64,000 bases of DNA. Origin: Eledone cirrhosa. Its lineage: Eukaryota. Below are positions 24,801 through 37,900 of this stretch, one piece after another (position 1 is the stretch's first letter; each line of letters opens with the position of its first letter). The notes under the pieces are model-generated. The model worked only from the letters and a program-made list of their open reading frames with translations. It was not told where the DNA came from and searched no databases. The translations under genes were made by a program, and so were the position numbers. The stretch spans positions 138,074,001 to 138,138,000 of the forward strand of contig OZ024743.1 in the NCBI GenBank assembly GCA_964016885.1, in the 5' to 3' direction.

Positions 24801-25960
24801 CTTGGTACTTGGTGCTTGGTGCTTGGTGCTTGGTGTTTGGTGCTTGGTGTTTGATGCTGCGTGCTTGGTGTTTGGTGTTTGGTGCTTGGTGCTTGGTGTT
24901 TGGTGTTTGGAGCTTGGTGCCTGGTGCTTGTTGTTTGGTGTTTGGCGCTTGGTGCTTGGTGTTTGGTGTTTGGTGCTTGATGTTTGGTGTTTGGTGCTTG
25001 GTGCTTGGTGCTTGGTATCTGGTGTTTGGTGCTTGATGTTTGGTGTTTGGTGCTTGGTGTTTGGTGTTTGGTGCTTGGTGCTTGGTGTTTGGTGCTTGGT
25101 GTTTGGTGTTTGGTGTTTGATGCTTGGTGTTTGCTGCTTGGTGCTTGGTGCTTTGTGTTTTGTGTTTGGTGCTTGGTGCTTGGTGCCTGGTGCTTGGTGC
25201 TTGGTGCTTGTTGTCAGGTGCTTGGTGCTTGGTGATTAGTGTTTGGTGCTTGGTTTGCGGTATGGTGTTAGGTGCTTGGGGTTTGGTGTTTGGTGCTTGG
25301 TGCTTGGTGTTTGGTGCTTGGTGCTTGGTGCTTGGTGTTTGGTGCTTGGTGCTTGGTGTTTGGTGTTTGGTGCTTGGTGTTTGGTGTTTGGCGTTTGCTG
25401 TTTGCTGTTTGCTGTTTGGTGTTTGCTGTTTGGTGTTTGCTGTTTGGTGTTTGGTGTTTGGTGCTTGCTGTTTGGTGCTTGGTGCTTGGTGTTTGGTGTT
25501 TGGTGCTTGGTGCTTGGTGCTGGGTGTTTGGTGCTTGGTGCTTGGTGTTTGGTGCTTGGTGCTTGGTGCTTGGTGTTTGGTCCTTGGTGCTTGGTGCTTG
25601 GTCTTTGGTGCTTGGGTTTTGGTGTTTGGTGCTTGGTGCTTGGTGTTTGGTGCTTGGTTCTTGGTGCTTGGTGCTTGGTGTTTGGTGATTGCTGCTTGGT
25701 GCTTGGTGTTTGGTGCTTGGTGCTTGGTGATTAGTGTTTGGTGATTGGTGCTTGGGGTTTGCTGTTTGGTGCTTGGTGTTTGGTGCTTGGTGCTTGCTGT
25801 TTCGTGTTTGGTGTTTGGTTCCTGGTGCTTGGTTTTTGGTGTTTGGTGTTTGGTGCTTGGTGCTTGGTGCTTGGTGTTTGGTGCTTGGTGCTTGGTGCTT
25901 GCTCTTTGGTGCTGCGTGCTTGGTGTTTGGTGTTTGGTGCTTGGTGCCTGGTGCTTGTTG
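17019..25960 (+). repeat. Large block homologous to ~1,729-12,245 but without the 1,428-bp duplication; contains the 1.9-kb duplication (period 1,918 bp here)
   Basis: ORF pairs 1738/17028, 2988/18222, 5025/18943 (13,918), 6964/20861 and 8616/22513 (13,897), 9519/23304 (13,785), 11528/25243 (13,715). Internal pair 18943/20861 has offset 1,918 = 274x7. Confidence 0.9.
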
Positions 25961-28900
25961 TTTGGTGTTTGGTGCTTAGTGCTTGGTGTTTGGAGTTTGG
26001 TGCTGGGTGCTTGGTGCCTGGTGTTTCGTGCTTGGTGCTTGGTGCTTGGTGTTTGGTGTTTGGTGCTTGGTGTTTGGTGTTTGGTACTTGGTGCTTGGTG
26101 CTTGGTGCTTGGTGTTTGGTGCTTGGTGTTTGATGCTGCGTGCTTGGTGTTTGGTGTTTGGTGCTTGGAGCTTGGTGTTTGGTGTTTGGAGCTTGGTGCC
26201 TGCTGCTTGTTGTTTGGTGTTTGGTGCTTGCTGCTTGGTGTTTGGTGTTTGCTGCTTGGTGCTTGGTGCTTGGTATCTGGTGTTTGGTGCTTGATGTTTG
26301 GTGTTTGGTGCTTGGTGCTTGGTGTTTGGTGTTTGGTGCTTGGTGCTTGGTGTTTGGTGCTTGGTGTTTGGTGTTTGGTGTTTGATGCTTGGTGTTTGCT
26401 GCTTGGTGCTTGGTGCTTGGTGTTTTGTGTTTGGTGCTTGGTGCTTGGTGCCTGGTGCTTGGTGCTTGGTGCTTGATGTTTGGTGCTTGGTGCTTGGTGA
26501 TTAGTGTTTGGTGCTTGGTGCTTGGTGTTTGGTGCTTGGTGCTTGGGGCTTGGTATTTGGTGCTTGGTGCTTGGTGCCTGGTGTTTGGTGTTTGGTGTTT
26601 GGTGCTTGGTCTTTGGTGCTTGGTGCTTGGTGCTGGGTGGTTGGTGTTTGGTGCTTGGTGCTTGGTGTTTGGTGCTTGGTGCTTGGTGCTTGTTGTTTGG
26701 TGCTTGGTGCTTGGTGCTTGGTCTTTGGTGCATGATGTTTGGTGTTTGGTGCTTTGTGCTTGGTGCTTGGTGTTTGGTGCTTGGTGCTTGGTGCTTGGTG
26801 TTTGGTGCTTGGTGCTTGGTGATTAGTGTTTGTTGCTTGGTGCTTGGGGTTTGGTGGTTGGTGCTTGGTGCTTGGTGTTTGGTGTTTTGTGTTTGGTGTT
26901 TGCTGTTTGCTGTTTGGTGTCTGCTTTTTGGTGTTTGGTGTTTGCTGTATGGTGTTTGCTGTTTCGTATTTGGTTTTTGCTGTTTGGTGTTTGGTGTTTG
27001 CTGTTTGGTGTTTGGTGTTTGGTGTTTGGTGCTTGGTGCTTGGTGCTTGGTGTTTGGTGCTAGGTGCTTGGTGTTTGGTGTTTGGTGCCTGGTGCTTGTT
27101 GTATGGTGTTTGGTGCTTGGTGCTTGGTGTTTGCTGTTTGCTGCTTGGTGTCTGGTGTTTGGTGCTTGGTGTTTGGTGTTTGGTGCTTGGTGATTAGTGT
27201 TTGGTGATTGGTGCTTGGGGTTTGGTGTTTGTGGCTTGGTGTTTGGTGCTTGGTGCTTGCTGTTTGGTGTTTGGTGTTTGGTGCTTGGTGTTTGGTGTTT
27301 GGTGTTTGGTGCTTGGTGCTTGGTGCTTGGTGTTTGGTGCTTTGTGCTTGGTGCTTGGTGTTTGGTGCTGCGCGCTTGGTGTTTCGTGTTTGGTGCTTGG
27401 TGCCTGGTGCTTGTTGTTTGGTGTTTGGTGCTTAGTGCTTGGTGTTTGGTGTTTGGTCCTTGGTGCTTGGTGGCTGGTGTTTGGTGCTTGGTGTTTGGAG
27501 TTTGGTGCTTGGTGCTTGGTGCCTGGTGTTTCGTGCTTGGTGCTTGGTGTTTGGTGTTTGGTGCTTGGTACTTGGTGCTTGGTGCTTGGTGCTTGGTGTT
27601 TGGTGCTTGGTGTTTGATGCTGCGTGCTTGGTGTTTGGTGTTTGGTGTTTGGTGCTTGGTGTTTGGTGTTTGGTGCTTGGTGCTTGGTGTTTGGTGCTTG
27701 GTGTTTGGTGTTTGGTGTTTGATGCTTGGTGTTTGCTGCTTGGTGCTTGGTGCTTTGTGTTTTGTGTTTGGTGCTTGGTGCTTGGTGCCTGGTGCTTGGT
27801 GCTTGGTGCTTGTTGTTTGGTGCTTGGTGTTTGGTGATTAGTGTTTGGTGCTGGGTGCTTGCGGTTTGGTGTTTGGTGCTTGGGGTTTGGTGTTTGGTGC
27901 TTGGTGCTTGGTGTTTGGTGCTTGGTGCTTGGTGCTTGGTGTTTGGTGCTTGGTGCTTGGTGTTTGGTGCTTGGTGCTTGGTGTTTGGTGTTTGGCGTTT
28001 GCTGTTTGCTGTTTGGTGTTTGCTGTTTGCTGTTTGGTGTTTGCTGTTTGGTGTTTGGTGTTTGGTGCTTGCTGTTTGGTGCTAGGTGCTTGGTGTTTGG
28101 TGTTTGGTGCTTGGTGCTTGGTGCTGGGTGTTTGGTGCTTGGTGCTTGGTGTTTGGTGCTTGGTGCTTGGTGCTTGGTGTTTGGTCCTTGGTGCTTGGTG
28201 CTTGGTCTTTGGTGCTTGGGTTTTGGTGTTTGGTGCTTGGTGCTTGGTGTTTGGTGCTTGGTTCTTGGTGCTTGGTGCTTGGTGTTTGGTGATTGCTGCT
28301 TGGTGCTTGGTGTTTGGTGCTTGGTGCTTGGTGATTAGTGTTTGGTGATTGGTGCTTGGGGTTTGCTGTTTGGTGCTTGGTGTTTGGTGCTTGGTGCTTG
28401 CTGTTTGGTGTTTGGTGTTTGGTTCCTGGTGCTTGGTTTTTGGTGTTTGGTGTTTGGTGCTTGGTGCTTGGTGCTTGGTGTTTGGTGCTTGGTGCTTGGT
28501 GCTTGTTGTTTGGTGCTGCGTGCTTGGTGTTTGGTGTTTGGTGCTTGGTGCCTGGTGCTTGTTTGGTGTTTGGTGCTTGGTGCTTGGTGGCTGGTGCTTG
28601 TTGCTTGGTGTTTGGAGTTTGGTGCTTGGTGCTTGGTGCCTGGTGTTTTGTGCTTGGTGCTTGGTGCTTGGTGTCTGGTGTTTGGTGCTTGGTGTTTGGT
28701 GTTTGGTACTTGGTGCTTGGTGCTTGGTGCTTGGTGTTTGGTGCTTGGTGTTTGATGCTGCGTGCTTGGTCTTTGGTGTTTGGTGCTTGGTGCTTGGTGT
28801 TTGGTGTTTGGCGCTTGGTGCCTCCTGCTTGTTGTTTGGTGTTTGGTGCTTGCTGCTTGGTGTTTGGTGTTTGGTGCTTGGTGCTTGGTGCTTGGTATCT

Positions 28901-31900
28901 GGTGTTTGGTGCTTGATGTTTGGTGTTTGGTGCTTGGTGCTTGGTGTTTGGTGTTTGGTGCTTGGTGCTTGGTGTTTGGTGCTTGGTGTTTGGTGTTTGG
29001 TGTTTGATGCTTGGTGTTTGCTGCTTGGTGCTTGGTGCTTGGTGTTTTGTGTTTGGTGCTTGGTGCTTGGTGCCTGGTGCTTGGTGCTTGGTGCTTGATG
29101 TTTGGTGCTTGGTGCTTGGTGATTAGTGTTTGGTGCTTGGTGCTTGCGTTTTGATGTTTGGTGCTTGGAGTTTGGTGTTTGGTGCTTGGTGCTTGGTGTT
29201 TGGTGCTTGGTGCTTGGTGCTTGGTGTTTGGTGCTTGGTGCTTGGAGTTTGGTGCTTGGTGCTTGGTGTTTGGTGTTTGGTGTTTGGTTCTTGGTGCTTG
29301 GTGTTTGGTGTTTGGTGTTTGGTGCTTGGTGCTTGGTGCTTGGTGTTTGGGGCTTGGTGTTCGGTGCTTGGAGCTTGGTGCTTGGGGCTTGGTGTTTGGT
29401 GTTTGGTGCTTGGTGCTTGTTGTTTGATGTTGGGTCCTTGGTGCTTGGTGTTTGGTGTCTGGTGCTTGGTGTTTGGTGTTTGGTGCTTGGTGCTTGGTGT
29501 TTGGTGTTTGGTGCTTGGTGCTTGGGGCATGGTGTTTGGTGCTTGGTGCTTGGTGTTTCGTGCTTGGTGCTTGGGGCTTGGTATTTGGTGCTTGGTGCTT
29601 GGTGCCTGGCGTTTGGTGTTTGGTGTTTGGTGCTTGGTCTTTGGTGCTTGGTGCTTGGTGCTGGGTGGTTGGTGTTTGGTGCTTGGTGCTTGGTGTTTGG
29701 TGCTTGCTGCTTGGTGCTTGTTGTTTGGTGCTTGGTGCTTGGTGCTTGGTCTTTGGTGCATGGTGTTTGGTGTTTGGTGCTTTGTGCTTGGTGCTTGGTG
29801 TTTGGTGCTTGGTGCTTGGTGCTTGGTGTTTGGTGCTTGGTGCTTGGTGATTAGTGTTTGTTGCTTGGTGCTTGGGGTTTGGTGGTTGGTGCTTGGTGCT
29901 TGGTGTTTGGTGTTTGGTGTTTGGTGTTTGCTGTTTGCTGTTTGGTGTCTGCTTTTTGGTGTTTGGTGTTTGCTGTATGGTGTTTGCTGTTTCGTATTTG
30001 GTTTTTGCTGTTTGGTGTTTGGTGTTTGCTGTTTGGTGTTTGGTGTTTGGTGTTTGGTGCTTGGTGCTTGGTGCTTGGTGTTTGGTGCTTGGTGCTTGGT
30101 GTTTGGTGTTTGGTGCTTGGTGCCTGGTGCTTGTTGTATGGCGTTTGGTGCTTGGTGCTTGGTGTTTGCTGTTTGCTGCTTGGTGTCTGGTGTTTGGTGC
30201 TTGGTGTTTGGTGTTTGGTGCTTGGTGCTTGGTGCTTGGTGTTTGGTGTTTGGTGCTTGGTGCTTGGTGTTTGGTGTTTGGTGCTGGGTGCATGGAGTTT
30301 GGTGCTTGGTGCTTAGTGCTTGGTGTTTGGTGTTTGGTGCTTGGTAATTGGTGTTTGGTGTTTGATGCTTGGTGTGTGGTGCTTGGTGCTTGGTGTTTTG
30401 TGTTTAGTGCATGGTGGTTGGTGCCTGGTGCTTGGTGCTTGGTGCTTGTTGTTTGGTGCTTGGTGCTTGGTGATTAGTGTTTGGTGCTTGGTGCTTGGGG
30501 GTTTGCTATTTGGTGCTTGGTGCTTGGTGTTTGGTGCTTGGTGCTTGGTGCTTGGTGTTTGGGTTTTGGTGCTTGGTGCTTGGTCTTTGGTGTTTGTTGC
30601 TTGGTGTTTGGTGCTTGGTGTTTGGTGCTGGGTGCATGGTGTTTGGTGCTCGGTGCTTGGTGCTTGGTGCTTGGTGCTTCGTGTTTGGTGTTTGGTGCTT
30701 GGTGTTTGGTTTTTGGTGTTTGATGCTTGGTGTTTGATGCTTGTTGCTTGGTGCTTGGTGTTTTGTGTTTGGTGTTTGGTGCTTGGTGTATGTACTTGGT
30801 GTTTGGGGCTTGGTGCTTGGTGCATGGTGCTTGGTGTTTGGTGCTTGGTGCCTGGTGCTTGGTGTTTGGTGCTTGGTGCTTGGTGCTTGGTGTTTGGTGC
30901 TTGGTGTTTGGTGCTTGGTGCTTGGTGTTTGGTGCTTGGTGTTTGGTGCTTGGTGTTCGGTGCTTGGTTCTTGGTGCTTGGTGCTTGGTGTTAGGTGTTT
31001 GGTGCTTGGTGCTTGGTGTTTGGTGCTTGGTGCTTGGTGCTTGGTGTTTGGTGTACGGTGTTTGGTGCTTGGTGTTTGGTGCTTGGTGCTTGGTGCTGGG
31101 TGGTTGGTGTTTGGTGTTTGGTGCTGGGTGCTTGGTGCTTATTGTTTGGTGCTTGGTGCTTGGTGCTTGGTGCTTGGTCTTTGGTGTTTGGTGCTTGCTG
31201 CTTGCTGCTTGGTGTTTGGTGCTTGGTGATTGGTGCTTGGTGTTTTGTGCTTGGTGCTTGGTGTTTGGTGTTTGGTGCTAGGGGCTTGGTGCTTGGTGCT
31301 TGGTGTTTGGTGCTTGGTGTTTGCTGTTTGGTGTTTGGTGCTTGGTGCGTGGGACTTAGTGTTTGGTGTTTGGTGCTTGGTGTTTGGTGCTTGGTGTTTG
31401 GTGCTTGGTGCTTGGTGCTTGGTGTTTGGTGCTTGTTGTTTGGTGCTTGGTGCTTGGTGATTAGTGTTTGGTGCTTGGTCCTTGGTGCTTGGTGCTTGGT
31501 GTTAGGTGTTTGGTGCTTGGTGATTGGTGTTTGATGTTAGGTTCTTGGTGCTTGGTGTTTGGTGTTTGGTGCTTGGTGCTTGGTGTTTGGTGTTTGGTGC
31601 TTGGTGTTTTGTGTTTGGAGTTTGGTGCTTGGTGTTTGGTGCTTCGGTCTTGGTGTTTGGTGTTTGGTGCTTGGTGCTTGGTGTTTGGTGTTTGGTGCCT
31701 GGTGCTTGGTGTTTGGTGGTTGATGTTTGGTGTTTGGTGATTGGTGCTTGGTGTTTGGTGCTTGGTGCTTGGTGCTTGGTGCTTGGTGTTAGGCGTTTGG
31801 TGCTTGGTGCTTGGTGATTGATGTTTGGTGCTTGGTGCTTGGTGTTTGGTATTTGGTGCTTGGTGCTTGGTGCTTGGTGTTTGGTGTTTGGTGCTTGCTG

Positions 31901-34900
31901 CTTGCTGCTTGGTGTTTGGAGCTAGGGGCTTGGTGCTTGGTGCTTGGTGTTTGGTGCTTGGTGCTTGGTGTTTGGTGTTTGGTGCTTGGTGCGTGGGACT
32001 TGGTGTTTGGTGCTTGGTGTTTGGTGTTTGGTGTTTGGTGTTTGGTGCCTGGTGCTTGGTGTTTGGTGTTTGGTGCTTGGTGTTTGGTGCTTGGGGTTTC
32101 GTGCTTGGTGTTCGGTGCTTGGTGCTTGGTGCTTGGTGCTTGGTGTTTGGTGTTTGGTGCTTGGTGCTTGGTGTTTGATGTTTGGTCCTTGGTGCTTGGT
32201 GTTTAGTGTTGTGTGCTTGGTGCTTGGTGCTTGGTGTTTGGTGCTTGGTGTTTGGTGCTTGGTGTTTGGTGTTTGCTGTTTGCTGTTTGGTGTTTGCTGT
32301 TTGCTGTTTGGTGTTTGCTGTTTGGTGTTTGGTGTTTGGTGCTTGCTGTTTGGTGCTTGGTGCTTGGTGTTTGGTGTTTGGTGCTTGGTGTTTGGTGCTT
32401 GGTGCTTGGTGCTGGGTGTTTGGTGCTTGGTGCTTGGTGTTTGGTGCTTGGTGCTTGGTGTTTGGTCCTTGGTGCTTGGAGCTTAGTCTTTGGTGCTTGG
32501 GTTTTGGTGTTTGGTGCTAGGTGCTTGGTGTTTGGTGCTTGGTGCTTGGTGCTTGGTGCTTGGTGTTTGGTGCTTGCTGCTTGGTGCTTGGTGTTTGGTG
32601 CTTGGTGCTTGGTGATTAGTGTTTGGTGATTGGTGCTTGGGGTTTGGTTTTTGGGGCTTGGTGTTTGGTGCTTGGTGCTTGCTGTTTGGTGTTTGGTGTT
32701 TGGTTCTTGGTGCTTGGTGTTTGGTGTTTGGTGTTTGGTGCTTGGTGCTTGGTGCTTGGTGTTTGGTGCTTGGTGCTTGGTGCTTGGTGTTTGGTGCTGC
32801 GTGCTTGGTGTTTGGTGTTTGGTGCTTGGTGCCTGGTGCTTGTTGTTTGGTGTTTGGTGCTTAGTGCTTGGTGTTTGGTGTTTGGTCCTTGGTGCTTGGT
32901 GGCTGGTGTTTGGTGCTTGGTGTTTGGAGTTTGGTGCTTGGTGCTTGGTGCCTGGTGTTTCGTGCTTGGTGCTTGGTGCTTGGTGTTTGGTGTTTGGTGC
33001 TTGGTGTTTGGTGTTTGGTGCTTGGTACTTGGTGCTTGGTGCTTGGTGCTTGGTGTTTGGTGCTTGGTGTTTGATGCTGCGTGCTTGGTGTTTGGTGTTT
33101 GGTGCTTGGTGCTTGGTGTTTGGTGTTTGGAGCTTGGTGCCTGGTGCTTGTTGTTTGGTGTTTGGCGCTTGGTGCTTGGTGTTTGGTGTTTGGTGCTTGA
33201 TGTTTGGTGTTTGGTGCTTGGTGCTTGGTGCTTGGTATCTGGTGTTTGGTGCTTGATGTTTGGTGTTTGGTGCTTGGTGTTTGGTGTTTGGTGCTTGGTG
33301 CTAGGTGTTTGGTGCTTGGTGTTTGGTGTTTGGTGTTTGATGCTTGGTGTTTGCTGCTTGGTGCTTGGTGCTTTGTGTTTTGTGTTTGGTGCTTGGTGCT
33401 TGGTGCCTGGTGCTTGGTGCTTGGTGCTTGTTGTCAGGTGCTTGGTGCTTGGTGATTAGTGTTTGGTGCTTGGTTTGCGGTATGGTGTTAGGTGCTTGGG
33501 GTTTGGTGTTTGGTGCTTGGTGCTGGGTGTTTGGTGCTTGGTGCTTGGTGCTTGGTGTTTGGTGCTTGGTGCTTGGTGTTTGGTGTTTGGTGCTTGGTGT
33601 TTGGTGTTTGGCGTTTGCTGTTTGCTGTTTGCTGTTTGGTGTTTGCTGTTTGGTGTTTGCTGTTTGGTGTTTGGTGTTTGGTGCTTGCTGTTTGGTGCTT
33701 GGTGCTTGGTGTTTGGTGTTTGGTGCTTGGTGCTTGGTGCTGGGTGTTTGGTGCTTGGTGCTTGGTGTTTGGTGCTTGGTGCTTGGTGCTTGGTGTTTAA
33801 TCCTTGGTGCTTGGTGCTTGGTCTTTGGTGCTTGGGTTTTGGTGTTTGGTGCTTGGTGCTTGGTGTTTGGTGCTTGGTTCTTGGTGCTTGGTGCTTGGTG
33901 TTTGGTGATTGCTGCTTGGTGCTTGGTGTTTGGTGCTTGGTGCTTGGTGATTAGTGTTTGGTGATTGGTGCTTGGGGTTTGCTGTTTGGTGCTTGGTGTT
34001 TGGTGCTTGGTGCTTGCTGTTTCGTGTTTGGTGTTTGGTTCCTGGTGCTTGGTTTTTGGTGTTTGGTGTTTGGTGCTTGGTGCTTGGTGCTTGGTGTTTG
34101 GTGCTTGGTGCTTGGTGCTTGCTCTTTGGTGCTGCGTGCTTGGTGTTTGGTGTTTGGTGCTTGGTGCCTGGTGCTTGTTGTTTGGTGTTTGGTGCTTAGT
34201 GCTTGGTGTTTGGAGTTTGGTGCTGGGTGCTTGGTGCCTGGTGTTTCGTGCTTGGTGCTTGGTGCTTGGTGTTTGGTGTTTGGAGCTTGGTGTTTGGTGT
34301 TTGGTACTTGGTGCTTGGTGCTTGGTGCTTGGTGTTTGGTGCTTGGTGTTTGATGCTGCGTGCTTGGTGTTTGGTGTTTGGTGCTTGGAGCTTGGTGTTT
34401 GGTGTTTGGAGCTTGGTGCCTGCTGCTTGTTGTTTGGTGTTTGGTGCTTGCTGCTTGGTGTTTGGTGTTTGCTGCTTGGTGCTTGGTGCTTGGTATCTGG
34501 TGTTTGGTGCTTGATGTTTGGTGTTTGGTGCTTGGTGCTTGGTGTTTGGTGTTTGGTGCTTGGTGCTTGGTGTTTGGTGCTTGGTGTTTGGTGTTTGGTG
34601 TTTGATGCTTGGTGTTTGCTGCTTGGTGCTTGGTGCTTGGTGTTTTGTGTTTGGTGCTTGGTGCTTGGTGCCTGGTGCTTGGTGCTTGGTGCTTGATGTT
34701 TGGCGCTTGGTGCTTGGTGATTAGTGTTTGGTGCTTGGTGCTTGGTGTTTGGTGCTTGGTGCTTGGGGCTTGGTATTTGGTGCTTGGTGCTTGGTGCCTG
34801 GTGTTTGGTGTTTGGTGTTTGGTGCTTGGTCTTTGGTGCTTGGTGCTTGGTGCTGGGTGGTTGGTGTTTGGTGCTTGGTGCTTGGTGTTTGGTGCTTGGT

Positions 34901-37900
34901 GCTTGGTGCTTGTTGTTTGGTGCTTGGTGCTTGGTGCTTGGTCTTTGGTGCATGATGTTTGGTGTTTGGTGCTTTGTGCTTGGTGCTTGGTGTTTGGTGC
35001 TTGGTGCTTGGTGCTTGGTGTTTGGTGCTTGGTGCTTGGTGATTAGTGTTTGTTGCTTGGTGCTTGGGGTTTGGTGGTTGGTGCTTGGTGCTTGGTGTTT
35101 GGTGTTTTGTGTTTGGTGTTTGCTGTTTGCTGTTTGGTGTCTGCTTTTTGGTGTTTGGTGTTTGCTGTATGGTGTTTGCTGTTTCGTATTTGGTTTTTGC
35201 TGTTTGGTGTTTGGTGTTTGCTGTTTGGTGTTTGGTGTTTGGTGTTTGGTGCTTGGTGCTTGGTGCTTGGTGTTTGGTGCTAGGTGCTTGGTGTTTGGTG
35301 TTTGGTGCCTGGTGCTTGTTGTATGGTGTTTGGTGCTTGGTGCTTGGTGTTTGCTGTTTGCTGCTTGGTGTCTGGTGTTTGGTGCTTGGTGTTTGGTGTT
35401 TGGTGCTTGGTGATTAGTGTTTGGTGATTGGTGCTTGGGGTTTGGTGTTTGTGGCTTGGTGTTTGGTGCTTGGTGCTTGCTGTTTGGTGTTTGGTGTTTG
35501 GTGCTTGGTGTTTGGTGTTTGGTGTTTGGTGCTTGGTGCTTGGTGCTTGGTGTTTGGTGCTTTGTGCTTGGTGCTTGGTGTTTGGTGCTGCGCGCTTGGT
35601 GTTTCGTGTTTGGTGCTTGGTGCCTGGTGCTTGTTGTTTGGTGTTTGGTGCTTAGTGCTTGGTGTTTGGTGTTTGGTCCTTGGTGCTTGGTGGCTGGTGT
35701 TTGGTGCTTGGTGTTTGGAGTTTGGTGCTTGGTGCTTGGTGCCTGGTGTTTCGTGCTTGGTGCTTGGTGTTTGGTGTTTGGTGCTTGGTACTTGGTGCTT
35801 GGTGCTTGGTGCTTGGTGTTTGGTGCTTGGTGTTTGATGCTGCGTGCTTGGTGTTTGGTGTTTGGTGTTTGGTGCTTGGTGTTTGGTGTTTGGTGCTTGG
35901 TGCTTGGTGTTTGGTGCTTGGTGTTTGGTGTTTGGTGTTTGATGCTTGGTGTTTGCTGCTTGGTGCTTGGTGCTTTGTGTTTTGTGTTTGGTGCTTGGTG
36001 CTTGGTGCCTGGTGCTTGGTGCTTGGTGCTTGTTGTTTGGTGCTTGGTGTTTGGTGATTAGTGTTTGGTGTTGGGTGCTTGCGGTTTGGTGTTTGGTGCT
36101 TGGGGTTTGGTGTTTGGTGCTTGGTGCTTGGTGTTTGGTGCTTGGTGCTTGGTGCTTGGTGTTTGGTGCTTGGTGCTTGGTGTTTGGTGCTTGGTGCTTG
36201 GTGTTTGGTGTTTGGCGTTTGCTGTTTGCTGTTTGGTGTTTGCTGTTTGCTGTTTGGTGTTTGCTGTTTGGTGTTTGGTGTTTGGTGCTTGCTGTTTGGT
36301 GCTAGGTGCTTGGTGTTTGGTGTTTGGTGCTTGGTGCTTGGTGCTGGGTGTTTGGTGCTTGGTGCTTGGTGTTTGGTGCTTGGTGCTTGGTGCTTGGTGT
36401 TTGGTCCTTGGTGCTTGGTGCTTGGTCTTTGGTGCTTGGGTTTTGGTGTTTGGTGCTTGGTGCTTGGTGTTTGGTGCTTGGTTCTTGGTGCTTGGTGCTT
36501 GGTGTTTGGTGATTGCTGCTTGGTGCTTGGTGTTTGGTGCTTGGTGCTTGGTGATTAGTGTTTGGTGATTGGTGCTTGGGGTTTGCTGTTTGGTGCTTGG
36601 TGTTTGGTGCTTGGTGCTTGCTGTTTGGTGTTTGGTGTTTGGTTCCTGGTGCTTGGTTTTTGGTGTTTGGTGTTTGGTGCTTGGTGCTTGGTGCTTGGTG
36701 TTTGGTGCTTGGTGCTTGGTGCTTGCTGTTTGGTGCTGCGTGCTTGGTGTTTGGTGTTTGGTGCTTGGTGCCTGGTGCTTGTTTGGTGTTTGGTGCTTGG
36801 TGCTTGGTGGCTGGTGCTTGTTGCTTGGTGTTTGGAGTTTGGTGCTTGGTGCTTGGTGCCTGGTGTTTTGTGCTTGGTGCTTGGTGCTTGGTGTCTGGTG
36901 TTTGGTGCTTGGTGTTTGGTGTTTGGTACTTGGTGCTTGGTGCTTGGTGCTTGGTGTTTGGTGCTTGGTGTTTGATGCTGCGTGCTTGGTCTTTGGTGTT
37001 TGGTGCTTGGTGCTTGGTGTTTGGTGTTTGGCGCTTGGTGCCTCCTGCTTGTTGTTTGGTGTTTGGTGCTTGCTGCTTGGTGTTTGGTGTTTGGTGCTTG
37101 GTGCTTGGTGCTTGGTATCTGGTGTTTGGTGCTTGATGTTTGGTGTTTGGTGCTTGGTGCTTGGTGTTTGGTGTTTGGTGCTTGGTGCTTGGTGTTTGGT
37201 GCTTGGTGTTTGGTGTTTGGTGTTTGATGCTTGGTGTTTGCTGCTTGGTGCTTGGTGCTTGGTGTTTTGTGTTTGGTGCTTGGTGCTTGGTGCCTGGTGC
37301 TTGGTGCTTGGTGCTTGATGTTTGGTGCTTGGTGCTTGGTGATTAGTGTTTGGTGCTTGGTGCTTGCGTTTTGATGTTTGGTGCTTGGAGTTTGGTGTTT
37401 GGTGCTTGGTGCTTGGTGTTTGGTGCTTGGTGCTTGGTGCTTGGTGTTTGGTGCTTGGTGCTTGGAGTTTGGTGCTTGGTGCTTGGTGTTTGGTGTTTGG
37501 TGTTTGGTTCTTGGTGCTTGGTGTTTGGTGTTTGGTGTTTGGTGCTTGGTGCTTGGTGCTTGGTGTTTGGGGCTTGGTGTTCGGTGCTTGGAGCTTGGTG
37601 CTTGGGGCTTGGTGTTTGGTGTTTGGTGCTTGGTGCTTGTTGTTTGATGTTGGGTCCTTGGTGCTTGGTGTTTGGTGTTTGGTGCTTGGTGTTTGGTGTT
37701 TGGTGCTTGGTGCTTGGTGTTTGGTGTTTGGTGCTTGGTGCTTGGGGCATGGTGTTTGGTGCTTGGTGCTTGGTGTTTCGTGCTTGGTGCTTGGGGCTTG
37801 GTATTTGGTGCTTGGTGCTTGGTGCCTGGCGTTTGGTGTTTGGTGTTTGGTGCTTGGTCTTTGGTGCTTGGTGCTTGGTGCTGGGTGGTTGGTGTTTGGT

